From the NCBI GenBank assembly GCA_964491035.1, contig CAZBIR010000003.1, forward strand, positions 1,940-65,939: 64,000 bases of DNA, read 5' to 3'. This DNA comes from an uncultured Sulfuricurvum sp. GTDB lineage: Bacteria; Campylobacterota; Campylobacteria; Campylobacterales; Sulfurimonadaceae. Positions 38,773-51,286 of this stretch are shown here, in pieces (position 1 is the stretch's first letter; each line of letters opens with the position of its first letter). The translations under genes were made by a program, and so were the position numbers. Below the pieces are notes generated by a model. The model worked only from the letters and a program-made list of their open reading frames with translations. It had not been told where the DNA came from and did no database searches.

Positions 38773-39615
38773 ATGGCGAAAGGGTCAGCGTTAGGAAGAG
38801 GGCTCGGTGCATTGCTGAGTGAGATTGAAGAGGCATACGATAACGAGCTCCCTAAAAAAGGGGGTGTCGAAGAGATCGCGCTGACGAAAATACGCCCGAA
38901 CCCTTATCAACCCCGCAAACATTTCGATCCCGAATCGCTCTCCGAGCTCTCCGAATCGATCAAAACGCATGGTCTGTTGCAGCCCATCGTCGTTAAAGAA
39001 GATCTGGACGGCTATATCCTGATCGCCGGCGAACGGCGTCTGAGGGCGAGCAAACTCGCCAAAACGAAAACGATCAAGGCGATCGTCGTCTCCGTCAGCG
39101 ATGAGCAGATGCGCCAGCATGCCCTGATCGAGAATATCCAGCGTGACGAGCTCAACCCGATCGATTTGGCGCAGGCGTACCAGGAGCTGATCGAGATCCA
39201 TGAGCTGACGCACGATCAGCTGTCGCAGACCGTACACAAAAGTCGTACGCAGATCACGAATACCCTTCGCCTCCTTCAGTTGGGAGAAAAGGGGCGCAAA
39301 GCCCTTGCCGAAGGAAAAATCAGTGCCGGTCATGCCAAAGTGATCGTCGGGCTGGAACCTTCTGAACAGGCCCTGATGATCGATTCGATCATCGGACAGA
39401 AACTGAGCGTACGCGAAGTCGAGGAGATGGTCAAGAAGATCAAAACGGCGCCGGCACCTTCCGCCGCTTCGGTTGCACCGCAGCGGCTCGATTTCGCGGC
39501 ACTGAAAAAACGGTTCGACGAGCTTGGATACAAATGTGGCACCAAAGGTGACAAATTTATCATAGAATTCGCGGATAATTCCCAAATTGAGTCATTTTTA
39601 GACACTCTTTCTTAA
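38773..39615 (+). CDS. parB: Chromosome partitioning protein ParB/Spo0J
   Basis: LGRGLGALL, NPYQPRK, AGERRLRA, ENIQRDELN, HTH. Confidence 0.95.
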   Translation: MAKGSALGRGLGALLSEIEEAYDNELPKKGGVEEIALTKIRPNPYQPRKHFDPESLSELSESIKTHGLLQPIVVKEDLDGYILIAGERRLRASKLAKTKTIKAIVVSVSDEQMRQHALIENIQRDELNPIDLAQAYQELIEIHELTHDQLSQTVHKSRTQITNTLRLLQLGEKGRKALAEGKISAGHAKVIVGLEPSEQALMIDSIIGQKLSVREVEEMVKKIKTAPAPSAASVAPQRLDFAALKKRFDELGYKCGTKGDKFIIEFADNSQIESFLDTLS

Positions 39616-39683
39616 TATCTCCCGACGTTTAACTGTCCCTTCAATTTATAAGTTGTATAATCACGCAACTTTTAGGAGGTGGT

Positions 39684-40106
39684 ATGTTAGATATAAGTCC
39701 GATGCTGCTTGGCAGCACACTGATTGTCTTCCTTGTCCTTATTGCCGTACTAAACAGTTTGCTTTACAATCCTCTTTTCAATTATATGGAAAAACGGGAT
39801 GCGGATATTAAACACGATTTGGAACAAGTTGGCAGCAACGATTCCGAAATCGCCGCATTCCACGCCAAAGCGGAAAAGATTATGAGTGATGCCAAACTGG
39901 AAGCTGCGGCATTAAGAGAAAAAGTTATTGCTGAGGCCAAAGCGCTGGCAAATAGCAAAATTGAGGCAAAGCGTGCTGAACTGGCACTTGAGTACACGAA
40001 GTTCGAAGAGGCACTCTCGCAAGAGCGTGCGCGGTTGAAGGAAACACTGCAAGGTGAAGTTCCTGCATTCCAGTCTGCTGTATCAGCAAAACTAAACCAG
40101 ATTTGA
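39684..40106 (+). CDS. ATP synthase F0 subunit b'
   Basis: N-terminal TM, LYNPLFNYMEKRD, coiled coil; first atp gene after parB. Confidence 0.9.
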   Translation: MLDISPMLLGSTLIVFLVLIAVLNSLLYNPLFNYMEKRDADIKHDLEQVGSNDSEIAAFHAKAEKIMSDAKLEAAALREKVIAEAKALANSKIEAKRAELALEYTKFEEALSQERARLKETLQGEVPAFQSAVSAKLNQI

Positions 40107-40114
40107 GGGACGCC

Positions 40115-40630
40115 ATGGGTAAAATTATCGTAACGGTATTGATGCTGGGCGCCTATCTGTTTGGGTCGGAGGCCGGTGCGGCGGAGTCTACGGACATTGT
40201 ACAAAGAACGGTAAACTTCCTGATTTTTGCCGGTATTTTGTATTACCTACTGGCAGAACCGATTAAAAGCTTTTTTAGCGGACGCAGCGCAGGGATCGCC
40301 GAAGAACTTGAAAAAGTTCAGGAGCGCCTTCGTGATTCGAAACGTTTGAAAGAGACGGCTGAACACAAGGTAGAAGAGGCGGTTCGCTTCGCAAACGAGT
40401 TGAGCGAAACGGCTAAAAAAGAGAACAAAATTTTGAGCGATAAAATTTTGGCACAGTGCGAGCAGGACCTGGAAGTAATCCAGAAACAAAGCGAAGCATT
40501 GAAAGATCTTGAGAAACGCAAGATGGTTCGTGAAGTAGTCAGCGAAGTGATGAACGACGTCATGAACAGCAGCGGCGAAGCTCTCGGCAAAGAAGCCATG
40601 ACCGAAATCTTGAAAAAGAAGGTGGCGTAA
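40115..40630 (+). CDS. atpF: ATP synthase F0 subunit b
   Basis: TDIVQRTVNFLIFAGILYY followed by coiled coil. Confidence 0.9.
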   Translation: MGKIIVTVLMLGAYLFGSEAGAAESTDIVQRTVNFLIFAGILYYLLAEPIKSFFSGRSAGIAEELEKVQERLRDSKRLKETAEHKVEEAVRFANELSETAKKENKILSDKILAQCEQDLEVIQKQSEALKDLEKRKMVREVVSEVMNDVMNSSGEALGKEAMTEILKKKVA

Positions 40631-41167
40631 ATGCAGTATGAACTCATCGCGAAACGTTATACGCGCCCGTTGATCGAAATGTGTGACCAGAACAGTCTGG
40701 AAAATCTTTCAGATCTTCTAAACAGCGTCGCCTTGTCGTTCGACAACGACAAGTTCATCCATATCATGAACAGCAGCGAAGTGACGGCTGCGGCCAAGAC
40801 CCAGCTTGTTCTGGATATGGTTGCTCCCGCCAACAGCGCCGTCGCCAATAATCTGGTAAAGCTTCTGGCTGAAAACGGACGTCTTCAGCTGATTCCGACG
40901 CTCGCATCCGAACTCAAACGCGAGATCGCACGTGCCAAGCGGACGTTTACCGGCCGCATTTACAGCGATAGCGCGATCGACCAGGATTCGGTCGCGACGA
41001 TCGCCCGTGATCTCGGGAACAAAGTCGGCGCAAGCATTAGCTTGGAATACGTTCCGTCCCAATACGACGGTATCCGTGTCGAAGTCGACGAATTGAACAT
41101 CGAGATCAATTTCTCGAAAAGCCGCCTCAACGCTCAACTCGTTGAGCACATTTTAAAAGCAATTTAA
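40631..41167 (+). CDS. atpH: ATP synthase F1 subunit delta
   Basis: IAKRY...NLVKLLAENGRL; operon position. Confidence 0.92.
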   Translation: MQYELIAKRYTRPLIEMCDQNSLENLSDLLNSVALSFDNDKFIHIMNSSEVTAAAKTQLVLDMVAPANSAVANNLVKLLAENGRLQLIPTLASELKREIARAKRTFTGRIYSDSAIDQDSVATIARDLGNKVGASISLEYVPSQYDGIRVEVDELNIEINFSKSRLNAQLVEHILKAI

Positions 41168-41188
41168 CCCTCGCGAAAGGAGAAACTA

Positions 41189-42706
41189 GTGGTAGCAAAA
41201 GTACAAGCAGACGAAATCAGTTCGATTATTAAAGAGCGGATTGAAAATTTCGAACTTAACGTAGATATTAACGAAACCGGGAAAATCGTCTCATACGGAG
41301 ACGGAATCGCTCAGGTTTACGGCCTCAACAACATCATGGCCGGTGAAATGGTCGAATTCGAAGACGGAACACGCGGTTTGGCGATGAACCTTGAGGAGAG
41401 CAGCGTCGGTATCGTCGTACTCGGAAAAGGGAAAGAACTTCGCGAGGGAATGTCGGTAAAACGTCTCGGACGCCTTTTGCGTGTACCGGTCGGTGATGCC
41501 CTCCTCGGACGTGTCGTTAACGCCCTCGGTGAGCCCATCGATGGCAAAGGGCCGATCGAAACGACTGAAACCCGTTTCGTAGAAGAAAAAGCCCCCGGAA
41601 TCATGGCGCGTAAATCGGTTCACGAACCGATGGCAACCGGTATCAAAGCAATCGACGCCCTCGTTCCGATCGGACGCGGACAGCGTGAGCTGATCATCGG
41701 TGACCGCCAGACCGGTAAAACGACGGTTGCACTTGACACCATCATCAACCAAAAAGGGAACGGCGTTGTCTGTATCTACGTTGCGGTCGGGCAGAAAGAA
41801 TCAACGGTTGCTCAGGTTATCCGCCGTCTTGAAGAGCACGGTGCCCTTGAGTACACCATCATCGTATCGGCTACCGCTTCTGAAGCGGCGGCTCTGCAGT
41901 TCCTTGCACCGTATACCGGTGTAACGATGGGTGAGTACTTCCGTGACAACGCACGCCACGGTCTGATCATTTATGATGACCTTTCCAAACACGCGGTAGC
42001 TTACCGTGAAATGTCACTGATCCTCCGCCGTCCTCCGGGCCGTGAAGCGTATCCGGGTGACGTTTTCTACCTACACTCACGTCTCCTTGAGCGTGCAGCG
42101 AAACTCAACGACGAGATGGGTGCCGGTTCATTGACAGCGCTTCCGATCATCGAAACGCAGGCGGGTGACGTTGCGGCATATATCCCGACCAACGTTATTT
42201 CGATCACGGACGGTCAGATCTTCCTCGAAACCGATCTGTTCAACTCGGGTATCCGCCCTGCGATCAATGTCGGTCTTTCGGTATCGCGCGTAGGTGGTGC
42301 CGCTCAGATCAAAGCGACCAAACAGGTTGCCGGAACACTCCGTCTTGACCTGGCCCAGTACCGTGAACTTCAGGCGTTCGCCCAGTTTGCATCCGATCTG
42401 GATGAAGTGAGCCGCCGCCAGCTTGAGCGTGGACAGAGAATGGTAGAGGTTCTCAAGCAGCCTCCGTATTCTCCTCTCTCGGCTGAAAAACAGGCATTGG
42501 TTATTTTCGCGGGTAACGAAGGATATCTCGATGATATCTCTGCAAATGCCGTTGTCAAATTCGAAGCGGATCTTTACCCCTTCGTAGAGGCGTCTTACCC
42601 TCAAATTCTTGAAAACATCCGCAGCTCGTCAAAAATCGACGACGAGACTATGGCTCTGATGAAAAAAGCACTCGAAGAGTTTAAATCTACTTTCGTTGCT
42701 GAATAA
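41189..42706 (+). CDS. atpA: ATP synthase F1 subunit alpha
   Basis: [29 protein letters not shown]. Confidence 0.99.
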   Translation: MVAKVQADEISSIIKERIENFELNVDINETGKIVSYGDGIAQVYGLNNIMAGEMVEFEDGTRGLAMNLEESSVGIVVLGKGKELREGMSVKRLGRLLRVPVGDALLGRVVNALGEPIDGKGPIETTETRFVEEKAPGIMARKSVHEPMATGIKAIDALVPIGRGQRELIIGDRQTGKTTVALDTIINQKGNGVVCIYVAVGQKESTVAQVIRRLEEHGALEYTIIVSATASEAAALQFLAPYTGVTMGEYFRDNARHGLIIYDDLSKHAVAYREMSLILRRPPGREAYPGDVFYLHSRLLERAAKLNDEMGAGSLTALPIIETQAGDVAAYIPTNVISITDGQIFLETDLFNSGIRPAINVGLSVSRVGGAAQIKATKQVAGTLRLDLAQYRELQAFAQFASDLDEVSRRQLERGQRMVEVLKQPPYSPLSAEKQALVIFAGNEGYLDDISANAVVKFEADLYPFVEASYPQILENIRSSSKIDDETMALMKKALEEFKSTFVAE

Positions 42707-42714
42707 GGATCTTT

Positions 42715-45017
<2,303 letters not shown>

Positions 45018-45044
45018 TTGCTTCTCGCCTTATAAGGAAACACT

Positions 45045-45437
45045 ATGGAAACACTCCAACTAGAAGTGCTTACGCCCAGCGGTCCTATCTACAACGGACC
45101 TGCCAAAAGCGTCACCCTTCCGGGTGAAGAGGGAGAATTCGGCGTTCTCCCCGAACACGTCTCTTTGACAACCCTGCTCCAGGCAGGGGTTCTCGATATC
45201 CAAAAAGAGAACGGCAAAACCGAGTCGATCGTCGTTAACTGGGGCGTTGTCCAGATTACCCACAATAAAGTGGTTGTTCTGGTCGACGGTGCCGTCGCCA
45301 TTCGCGGCGAAAGCGAAGGGGATATTGCCAAAGCGCTGGATGAAGCGAAATCTCTCATCAGCAGCGTGGCCGATTCGAATGCGATGATCGCGTCGGTATC
45401 TGCCCGTATCGAATCTGCTGCACATCACCTCGTCTAA
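45045..45437 (+). CDS. atpC: ATP synthase F1 subunit epsilon
   Basis: LEVLTP, LPGEEGEFGVLPEH. Confidence 0.96.
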   Translation: METLQLEVLTPSGPIYNGPAKSVTLPGEEGEFGVLPEHVSLTTLLQAGVLDIQKENGKTESIVVNWGVVQITHNKVVVLVDGAVAIRGESEGDIAKALDEAKSLISSVADSNAMIASVSARIESAAHHLV

Positions 45438-45443
45438 AACGAT

Positions 45444-46007
45444 ATGTTTCAGACATTTGCCGACTTCTACGACAAAAGTCATCCGGTAACACTTGGTGTG
45501 TTACTGGTCCTTTCTCTTTATTTCATCGCAACCAACTGGGTCTTTTTTTACCGTTATTTTTCTCTTAATCAGTGGATCGGGACGGAAAACCAGTCTCTCG
45601 AATCGCTCCTTATGGGACAAAGCAAAATTTCCGAATACGCTTACCTTAGCCATTTTACGAAAACGTCGCATCTGTCCAAGGCTCTTTTTGACCTGGCTTC
45701 CTACGCTTCCACCAAAGAAGCGACCAAGGGGTTGATGTTCCTGTCGGTAGTCGCCTCGACTACCCCGTTCATTGGCCTGTTCGGGACCGTTGTTTCGATC
45801 CTGGATACCTTTGACCATATCGGGCAGGCAAGCGGGACGATGAGTATCATTGCTGCGGGGGTTTCGGATGCGTTGGTGGCTACGGCATCGGGAATTTTTG
45901 TCGCAATCTTCGCGTATACCTACCATCAGATCCTCAAACGCAAGGCGTACGAACTCTCCGGTCTTATCCGGATGCAGGGGGATGCGCTCCTCTCGAAAGA
46001 GCAGTAG
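45444..46007 (+). CDS. TolQ/ExbB/MotA proton-channel protein
   Basis: ASTTPFIGLFGTV, GVSDALVATASG. Confidence 0.9.
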   Translation: MFQTFADFYDKSHPVTLGVLLVLSLYFIATNWVFFYRYFSLNQWIGTENQSLESLLMGQSKISEYAYLSHFTKTSHLSKALFDLASYASTKEATKGLMFLSVVASTTPFIGLFGTVVSILDTFDHIGQASGTMSIIAAGVSDALVATASGIFVAIFAYTYHQILKRKAYELSGLIRMQGDALLSKEQ

Positions 46008-46010
46008 ATC

Positions 46011-46400
46011 ATGTTCGATTGGGATGAAAAGCCGGAACTCAACATCACCCCGCTGGTTGATGTCATGCTGGTTCTTCTGGCCATCTTGATGGTCATCTCT
46101 CCTAATATCGTGTATGAAGAGCTGATCCGCCTTCCCAAAGGGTCAGCCCAAAAAGAGCTCTCGAAAATCCCTCCCGTCAATATTACGATTACCAAAGAGG
46201 GGACGGTCAAAGTGAACAAGGAGACGTTTGAACGTGAGACGTTTGCTGATAACTTCTACCGCTACGCGCAGACCCTTGATACTGAGGCGACCGTTATGAT
46301 CAGTGCCGATGAGAGTCTTGGGTATGGAGAGGTGATGTCGGTCCTCTCCACCGTCAAACGTTCCGGTTTTCGCGAAGTCTCCCTTGCCACCGCCGGCTGA
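46011..46400 (+). CDS. TolR/ExbD protein
   Basis: NITPLVDVMLVLL, ADESLGYGEVM. Confidence 0.92.
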   Translation: MFDWDEKPELNITPLVDVMLVLLAILMVISPNIVYEELIRLPKGSAQKELSKIPPVNITITKEGTVKVNKETFERETFADNFYRYAQTLDTEATVMISADESLGYGEVMSVLSTVKRSGFREVSLATAG

Positions 46401-46435
46401 AATCATTTCAAAGTTTCCGATGGGGATGCTGTAAA

Positions 46436-47194
46436 ATGGATTCAACCAAAGAACGCTTCTTTTTCATAAGCGGCCTGATATCGCTCTCCTTTTTTGCACT
46501 GCTTGTTTTGCTGGTCGGCTATTCTCTTCTCTCGTCCACCAGGATCGAGCAGTTCGCGATGGTTCGGAGCGATACGGTGTCGATATCGGTAGCTCTGAGT
46601 GATGAGACGCCGCAGGCGCAGCCTCAGTCGCCTCAAACACCTCCCCCCGCGGCAGAGCCCGAACCTAAAACCGAAGCTGTCGAAGAGACAAAACCGCAAA
46701 AAGCGGAGCCGGTTCCCGAAATCTCCGACCTGTTTTCGCAGGTCAAGCCCAAAAACGAGCCGAAGAAGCCGCAAGAATCCACCAAACGCAATGAAGCTCT
46801 CGCCGCACTCGAAAAAGAGCTTTCGACGCCGACTGAAAAGCAGCGCTTCACCGACCGGGTCAAAAACATCGAACTTTCCCGTCCGGGGATGAAAATGGTG
46901 GTTCAGGGGGGATCGACAGGCCCCGTCGTTAACGAATACCATGCTAAGATTCAAGGTCTCGTTTATACCCATTTCCATCCCCCTGCCGGCTCACAGGGGC
47001 AGGCGGTTCGGGTCCGGATCAGGATCAGTGCGGAAGGGAAGCTGTTGTCGTTTCGTGTAATGGCCTATTCTTCCAATCCGTCGCTGAACCAGGAAGTGGA
47101 CTGGCTCAAAGAGCGGTTGGAAACGGTTGTTTTCCCCAACCATCCCGAAAACCGCGAAGCCCATATCGAAGTTATACTGATGCCCAAGGAGTGA
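46436..47194 (+). CDS. TolA/TonB-like energy transducer
   Basis: N-terminal TM, Pro/Glu/Lys-rich linker, TonB_C-like C-terminus; lies between tolR and tolB. Confidence 0.8.
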   Translation: MDSTKERFFFISGLISLSFFALLVLLVGYSLLSSTRIEQFAMVRSDTVSISVALSDETPQAQPQSPQTPPPAAEPEPKTEAVEETKPQKAEPVPEISDLFSQVKPKNEPKKPQESTKRNEALAALEKELSTPTEKQRFTDRVKNIELSRPGMKMVVQGGSTGPVVNEYHAKIQGLVYTHFHPPAGSQGQAVRVRIRISAEGKLLSFRVMAYSSNPSLNQEVDWLKERLETVVFPNHPENREAHIEVILMPKE

Positions 47195-47198
47195 TCAT

Positions 47199-48446
47199 TT
47201 GAGAATTGTACTGGTTTTGGCAGCCTTTGTCTCCCTGCTTTGGGGAACGGATGCGACGATTGAAGTGGTCAAGGGAGTGGGGTCGCTCCCCAAACTGGCC
47301 ATCGAGGACGGCAGTGCGGCGCCCGACGATACGAGCCGGAAAATGGCAAAAATGCTCGCTGCGGATATGGAAGTGGTGTCCCTTTTTGAGGTGGATGAGA
47401 GCTATGCAGCCGCCCCCTATGATTCTCTTTCCCCCTCGCCGCTGCACAAAGATGCCCAGTATGTTCTGCGGTATCGCCTCGGAGCGATCGGTCCTGAGGG
47501 GATCAAAGCCGACATACGGCTTCTGCACAACGGCGCAAGCCTGTTTGAAAAGACATACGTGCTGAAACAGTCGGAGATGATGGTTTTCCTAGCCCACTCG
47601 GTGGCGTACGACATCAACGCGAAAATGGGGGGAGCCCCGATGGAGTGGATCAAACGCAAGGTCCTCTTCGTCCGTCTCACGTCGCCGCGCCGCTCCGAAA
47701 TCGTGGCCGCCGATTATACCCTCTCCTATCAGAAGGTGATCCTCAGCGGAGGGCTGTACGGTTTTGCCAAATGGGCCAACCGCGAGCAGACGGACCTCTA
47801 TTATACGTCGCTGGGGGATTTCAGACCCACCGTTTATAAAATGAACCTGGGCAGCGGGCAAAAAGAAAAAATCATCAGCTCCGACGGGATGGCGGTTTGT
47901 TCGGACGTCAGCGAAGATGCACGGCGTATCCTGCTGACCCTGGCTCCCGAGGGGCAGCCCGACATCTATCTCTACGACACCCTAAGCCGCGGAAAAACGC
48001 GTATCACCGATTATTCGGGGATCGACGTCAACGGCCAGTTTCTGGGAGACGATTCGGTCGCGTTTGTCTCCAACCGTCTGGGCTATCCCAACGTCTTCTC
48101 CAAAAAAATCAACGGCAGCGGGGTGAGCCAGCTGGTGTACCAGGGGAAAAACAACTCCTCGCTCAGCTCCTACAAAAATCTCCTCGTCTACAAGGCGCGG
48201 GAAAACAGTGCAACCTATGCGGGAAACAGTTTCAATCTCCATCTGCTTTCCATGAATACGGGGAACGTCAAGCGCCTCACCGCCAGCGGCGAAAACGATT
48301 TCCCCCGCTTTTCTCCGGACGGGGAAGCGGTACTGTTCATCAAGCAGGAAGGTTCGCGCAGTTCGGTCGGCGTGATCCGCCTCAGCGTCAACAAAAGCTT
48401 TGCCTTTCCGTTGAAAATAGGGAGAATACAGTCAATCGACTGGTAA
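47199..48446 (+). CDS. tolB: Tol-Pal periplasmic protein TolB
   Basis: Signal peptide, ADYTL, beta-propeller repeats (FVSNRLG, PRFSPDG). Confidence 0.92.
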   Translation: MRIVLVLAAFVSLLWGTDATIEVVKGVGSLPKLAIEDGSAAPDDTSRKMAKMLAADMEVVSLFEVDESYAAAPYDSLSPSPLHKDAQYVLRYRLGAIGPEGIKADIRLLHNGASLFEKTYVLKQSEMMVFLAHSVAYDINAKMGGAPMEWIKRKVLFVRLTSPRRSEIVAADYTLSYQKVILSGGLYGFAKWANREQTDLYYTSLGDFRPTVYKMNLGSGQKEKIISSDGMAVCSDVSEDARRILLTLAPEGQPDIYLYDTLSRGKTRITDYSGIDVNGQFLGDDSVAFVSNRLGYPNVFSKKINGSGVSQLVYQGKNNSSLSSYKNLLVYKARENSATYAGNSFNLHLLSMNTGNVKRLTASGENDFPRFSPDGEAVLFIKQEGSRSSVGVIRLSVNKSFAFPLKIGRIQSIDW

Positions 48447-48498
48447 GTTAACCGTTTTTTCGGTACCATAACGATATTTCGAAATATGAGGTGAAAGC

Positions 48499-49056
48499 AT
48501 GATGAAAAATGCAGCTTTGATCAGTGCCACGGTAGCACTGTTGGTATTGAGCGGATGTAGCAGCAAGGAACCGGCGATCGACGCCACGGCTGCTTCATCC
48601 GCTTCGGCGACAACAGGTACGGCGGGTTCATCCGCTTCAGCAACGACAGGGACCGACAGCAGCGCAGTGATCGCTCCGATCACCAATGCAAGTTCGACGG
48701 ATGCTTCCGCCTCTGCGGGAACCAACGGTTCGGAGGGAGGACTGGCTAATATCCTGTTCGACTACGACAAGTTCAATATCCGTGAGGATATGGAAGCGCC
48801 GATGAAAAGCAACAGCGCGCTGCTGAAAGGTAAAACTGTCAAACTCGAAGGAAACTGCGACGAGTTCGGAAGCGACGAGTACAACTACGCGTTGGGACTC
48901 AAACGGGCCAATACGGTGAAAACCGCACTGGTAAACGACGGTATGAACCCCGATTCGATCACGATGGTCAGTTTCGGCGAGAGCAACCCGGTATGTCTGG
49001 AGAAAACTCCCGAGTGCTGGCAAAAAAATCGTCGTGTTGAATTCAAACTTCCCTAA
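48499..49056 (+). CDS. pal: Peptidoglycan-associated lipoprotein Pal (OmpA family)
   Basis: Lipobox LSGC, FDYDKFNI, EGNCDEFGSDEYNYALGLKRA, NRRVE. Confidence 0.93.
   Translation: MMKNAALISATVALLVLSGCSSKEPAIDATAASSASATTGTAGSSASATTGTDSSAVIAPITNASSTDASASAGTNGSEGGLANILFDYDKFNIREDMEAPMKSNSALLKGKTVKLEGNCDEFGSDEYNYALGLKRANTVKTALVNDGMNPDSITMVSFGESNPVCLEKTPECWQKNRRVEFKLP
48586..48651 (+). repeat. Two 33-bp imperfect in-frame tandem repeats in the pal linker (TAASSASATTG / TAGSSASATTG)
   Basis: acggctgcttcatccgcttcggcgacaacaggt followed by acggcgggttcatccgcttcagcaacgacaggg. Confidence 0.85.
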
Positions 49057-49935
49057 ATGCGTACGTCTGTCGCATTTTTAACCCTTTTTTCTCTCTCTGC
49101 ACTCGCTTCGGAACCTTCGGTTTTCGGGGCGGGCGATCTGAACAACCCCAATCCTTACGGTCTTACCAACGAAGAAAAACTGATCCTTGAAAATCGCAAA
49201 GAGATCCAGAGTGTCGTCAAAAAGCACAACGTTCAAACGGCGAAAGTCGAGACGGTCGCCGAGCGGCTGGACGGTTTACAGACGATCGTGGAAGGGCTGG
49301 TCGAAACCAACAGCGAACACAAGCTTGCAATCGCCCGGCTGGGTGAAAAAAACAGCGACGAGAACACGACGGTGCAGATCGAAGCGCTCCAAAAACAGGT
49401 AGCCGCGAACAGCGACAACATCGCGAAGTTCCAGTCCCTGCTCGAAGAACTCTCCGTCGTTGTGGACGGGATCAACGCGAACTACGTGAGCAAAGAGCAG
49501 TTTTCGGCGCTGATTGCGCAGCTGAAAGTTAATGTCCCGGCTCCGAAAGCGACATCCGTATCGCTCAAGAGCGATCCCGCGTCGATCGAAAAAGAGGCGG
49601 CCCGGCTGTTCGGTGAAAAAAAATACGCCGAGGCCCAGGTATTGTACGAGCAGCTGATCAACAAAAAGCATAAAACGGCCGAAGCCTACTACATGATCGG
49701 CGAGACCCATTTTGAACGCAAGTCGTACAAAGAAGCGGTCGCCGCCTATAAAGAGAGTGCGGCCCGTAACGAAAAAGCGCTGTATATGCCGACGCTGCTC
49801 CTCCACTCGGGTATTTCGATGGAAAAAAACGGAGATACCGCGACGGCCAGGGCGTTTTATCAGGCGACGGTCTCAAAATACGGCGGCAGCGGTGCGGCCA
49901 AAGAGGCACAGGAACGGTTGGCTAAGCTCAAATAG
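49057..49935 (+). CDS. CpoB/YbgF-like coiled-coil TPR protein
   Basis: Signal peptide, EPSVFGAG, coiled coil, TPRs; directly after pal. Confidence 0.85.
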   Translation: MRTSVAFLTLFSLSALASEPSVFGAGDLNNPNPYGLTNEEKLILENRKEIQSVVKKHNVQTAKVETVAERLDGLQTIVEGLVETNSEHKLAIARLGEKNSDENTTVQIEALQKQVAANSDNIAKFQSLLEELSVVVDGINANYVSKEQFSALIAQLKVNVPAPKATSVSLKSDPASIEKEAARLFGEKKYAEAQVLYEQLINKKHKTAEAYYMIGETHFERKSYKEAVAAYKESAARNEKALYMPTLLLHSGISMEKNGDTATARAFYQATVSKYGGSGAAKEAQERLAKLK

Positions 49936-50007
49936 GTATTGCCCCGGTTTCAGCATCGCTATAGGTAAATGTGCTAAAATCGCACCATCTTAACAGAAGG
50001 CTATTTC

Positions 50008-50529
50008 ATGGCAATTGAAACGAATCAAATCGTATCGCTGGAGTACGAAGTACGCGACGGCGCTACGGTCGTAGACAGCAACGTAGGCGGCCACCCGCTG
50101 GTATTCATGTTCGGAAAAGGGCAGATCATCCCCGGTCTCGAAGCGGGAATCGCCCACATGAACATCGGTGACAAAGGAGACGTTCTCGTCAAAGCGGCCG
50201 ATGCATACGGCGACTACAATCCTGAAGCGCAGCAGGAGCTTCCGCGCGAGCAGTTCGCCGGAATCGATCTGAACGTCGGGATGACCCTCTATGGCCAGGG
50301 TGAAGACGGCGGTACCGTGCAGGTCATCGTCAAAGATATCAAAGACGATGCGGTAGTGATCGATTTTAACCACCCGCTCGCCGGGAAAGATTTGATGTTT
50401 ACAGTCACGATCCATAACGTCCGTGATGCTTCCGCCGAAGAGGCGATGACGGGAATCCCCGCAGAAAACAGAGTAGAGAGCGGCGGATGCTGCGGAAGCG
50501 GCGGAAACCACGGCTGTGGATGCCACTAA
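50008..50529 (+). CDS. slyD: FKBP-type peptidyl-prolyl isomerase SlyD
   Basis: GQIIPGLE, DFNHPLAGKDL, Cys/His-rich tail GGCCGSGGNHGCGCH. Confidence 0.95.
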   Translation: MAIETNQIVSLEYEVRDGATVVDSNVGGHPLVFMFGKGQIIPGLEAGIAHMNIGDKGDVLVKAADAYGDYNPEAQQELPREQFAGIDLNVGMTLYGQGEDGGTVQVIVKDIKDDAVVIDFNHPLAGKDLMFTVTIHNVRDASAEEAMTGIPAENRVESGGCCGSGGNHGCGCH

Positions 50530-51286
50530 TTTTCTGACGGCGTCGCCGGCTTCGATCGAAGCGTTCAAGACGGCGAACCTCCTCAAAGGGTTGGGGGTCA
50601 ACGCCGTCATATTCGGAGAACGGGGGACCGGGAAACTGACCCTCGCCCGCTATATCCTTCCCCATGCCCCCGTCATTGACGCGAACCGTTTCGATGAATT
50701 GCTTGATGCGATCGAGTCCCACAGCGAGGTGGTTATCCGCAGGCTCGACCAGGTCGCCAACCTCAAGCGGTTGATCGAAACGCTTCAAAAAAAGAGGACC
50801 CGCGTCGTCGCGACGGCCGGCGGGCGGTATTCGCAAGACCAGCTCGAAGATATTTTTACGATCCGTCTGGCATTGCCCCCGCTTTCCCAGCGGAGCGAAG
50901 ACGTCGAGATGCTGATCGACGCTTTTGTTCAGGAAGCCCGGCAGACGCTCGGAAAAACCGAGCCGTTTGAAAAGAACGGATTCGTCCCCGACCTGAGCGA
51001 AAACGCGATTTCACTGCGCCGTCAGGTCTATTTGCATTATCTCCTCGACAGTATCGGCGAGGGCGACCTGATGGAAATTATGGAACATTATCTCCATGAC
51101 CGGCTGGGGGGGAACAATGATTACCGCGACTTCCTGCACCTTTACGAAGTTCCGTTGATCCGCGCGGGGATCAAACGGTTCAAATCGCAGCTCCAGCTCT
51201 CTGAACGTCTGGGGCTTAACCGCAATACCCTGCGGAAAAAAATTGCCGAGCATTCGGAATACCAACTCGAAACGAAGGAAAATTAA
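50516..51286 (+). CDS. Degenerate sigma54-activator-like AAA domain with Fis-type HTH
   Basis: GERGTGK, RVVAT, LPPLSQRSEDV, C-terminal LGLNRNTLRKKI; no GAFTGA. Confidence 0.75.
   Translation: MDATNFLTASPASIEAFKTANLLKGLGVNAVIFGERGTGKLTLARYILPHAPVIDANRFDELLDAIESHSEVVIRRLDQVANLKRLIETLQKKRTRVVATAGGRYSQDQLEDIFTIRLALPPLSQRSEDVEMLIDAFVQEARQTLGKTEPFEKNGFVPDLSENAISLRRQVYLHYLLDSIGEGDLMEIMEHYLHDRLGGNNDYRDFLHLYEVPLIRAGIKRFKSQLQLSERLGLNRNTLRKKIAEHSEYQLETKEN

Noticed and set aside
37980..39683. parS palindrome near parAB
   Set aside because: No TGTTTCACGTGAAACA-like site seen by eye
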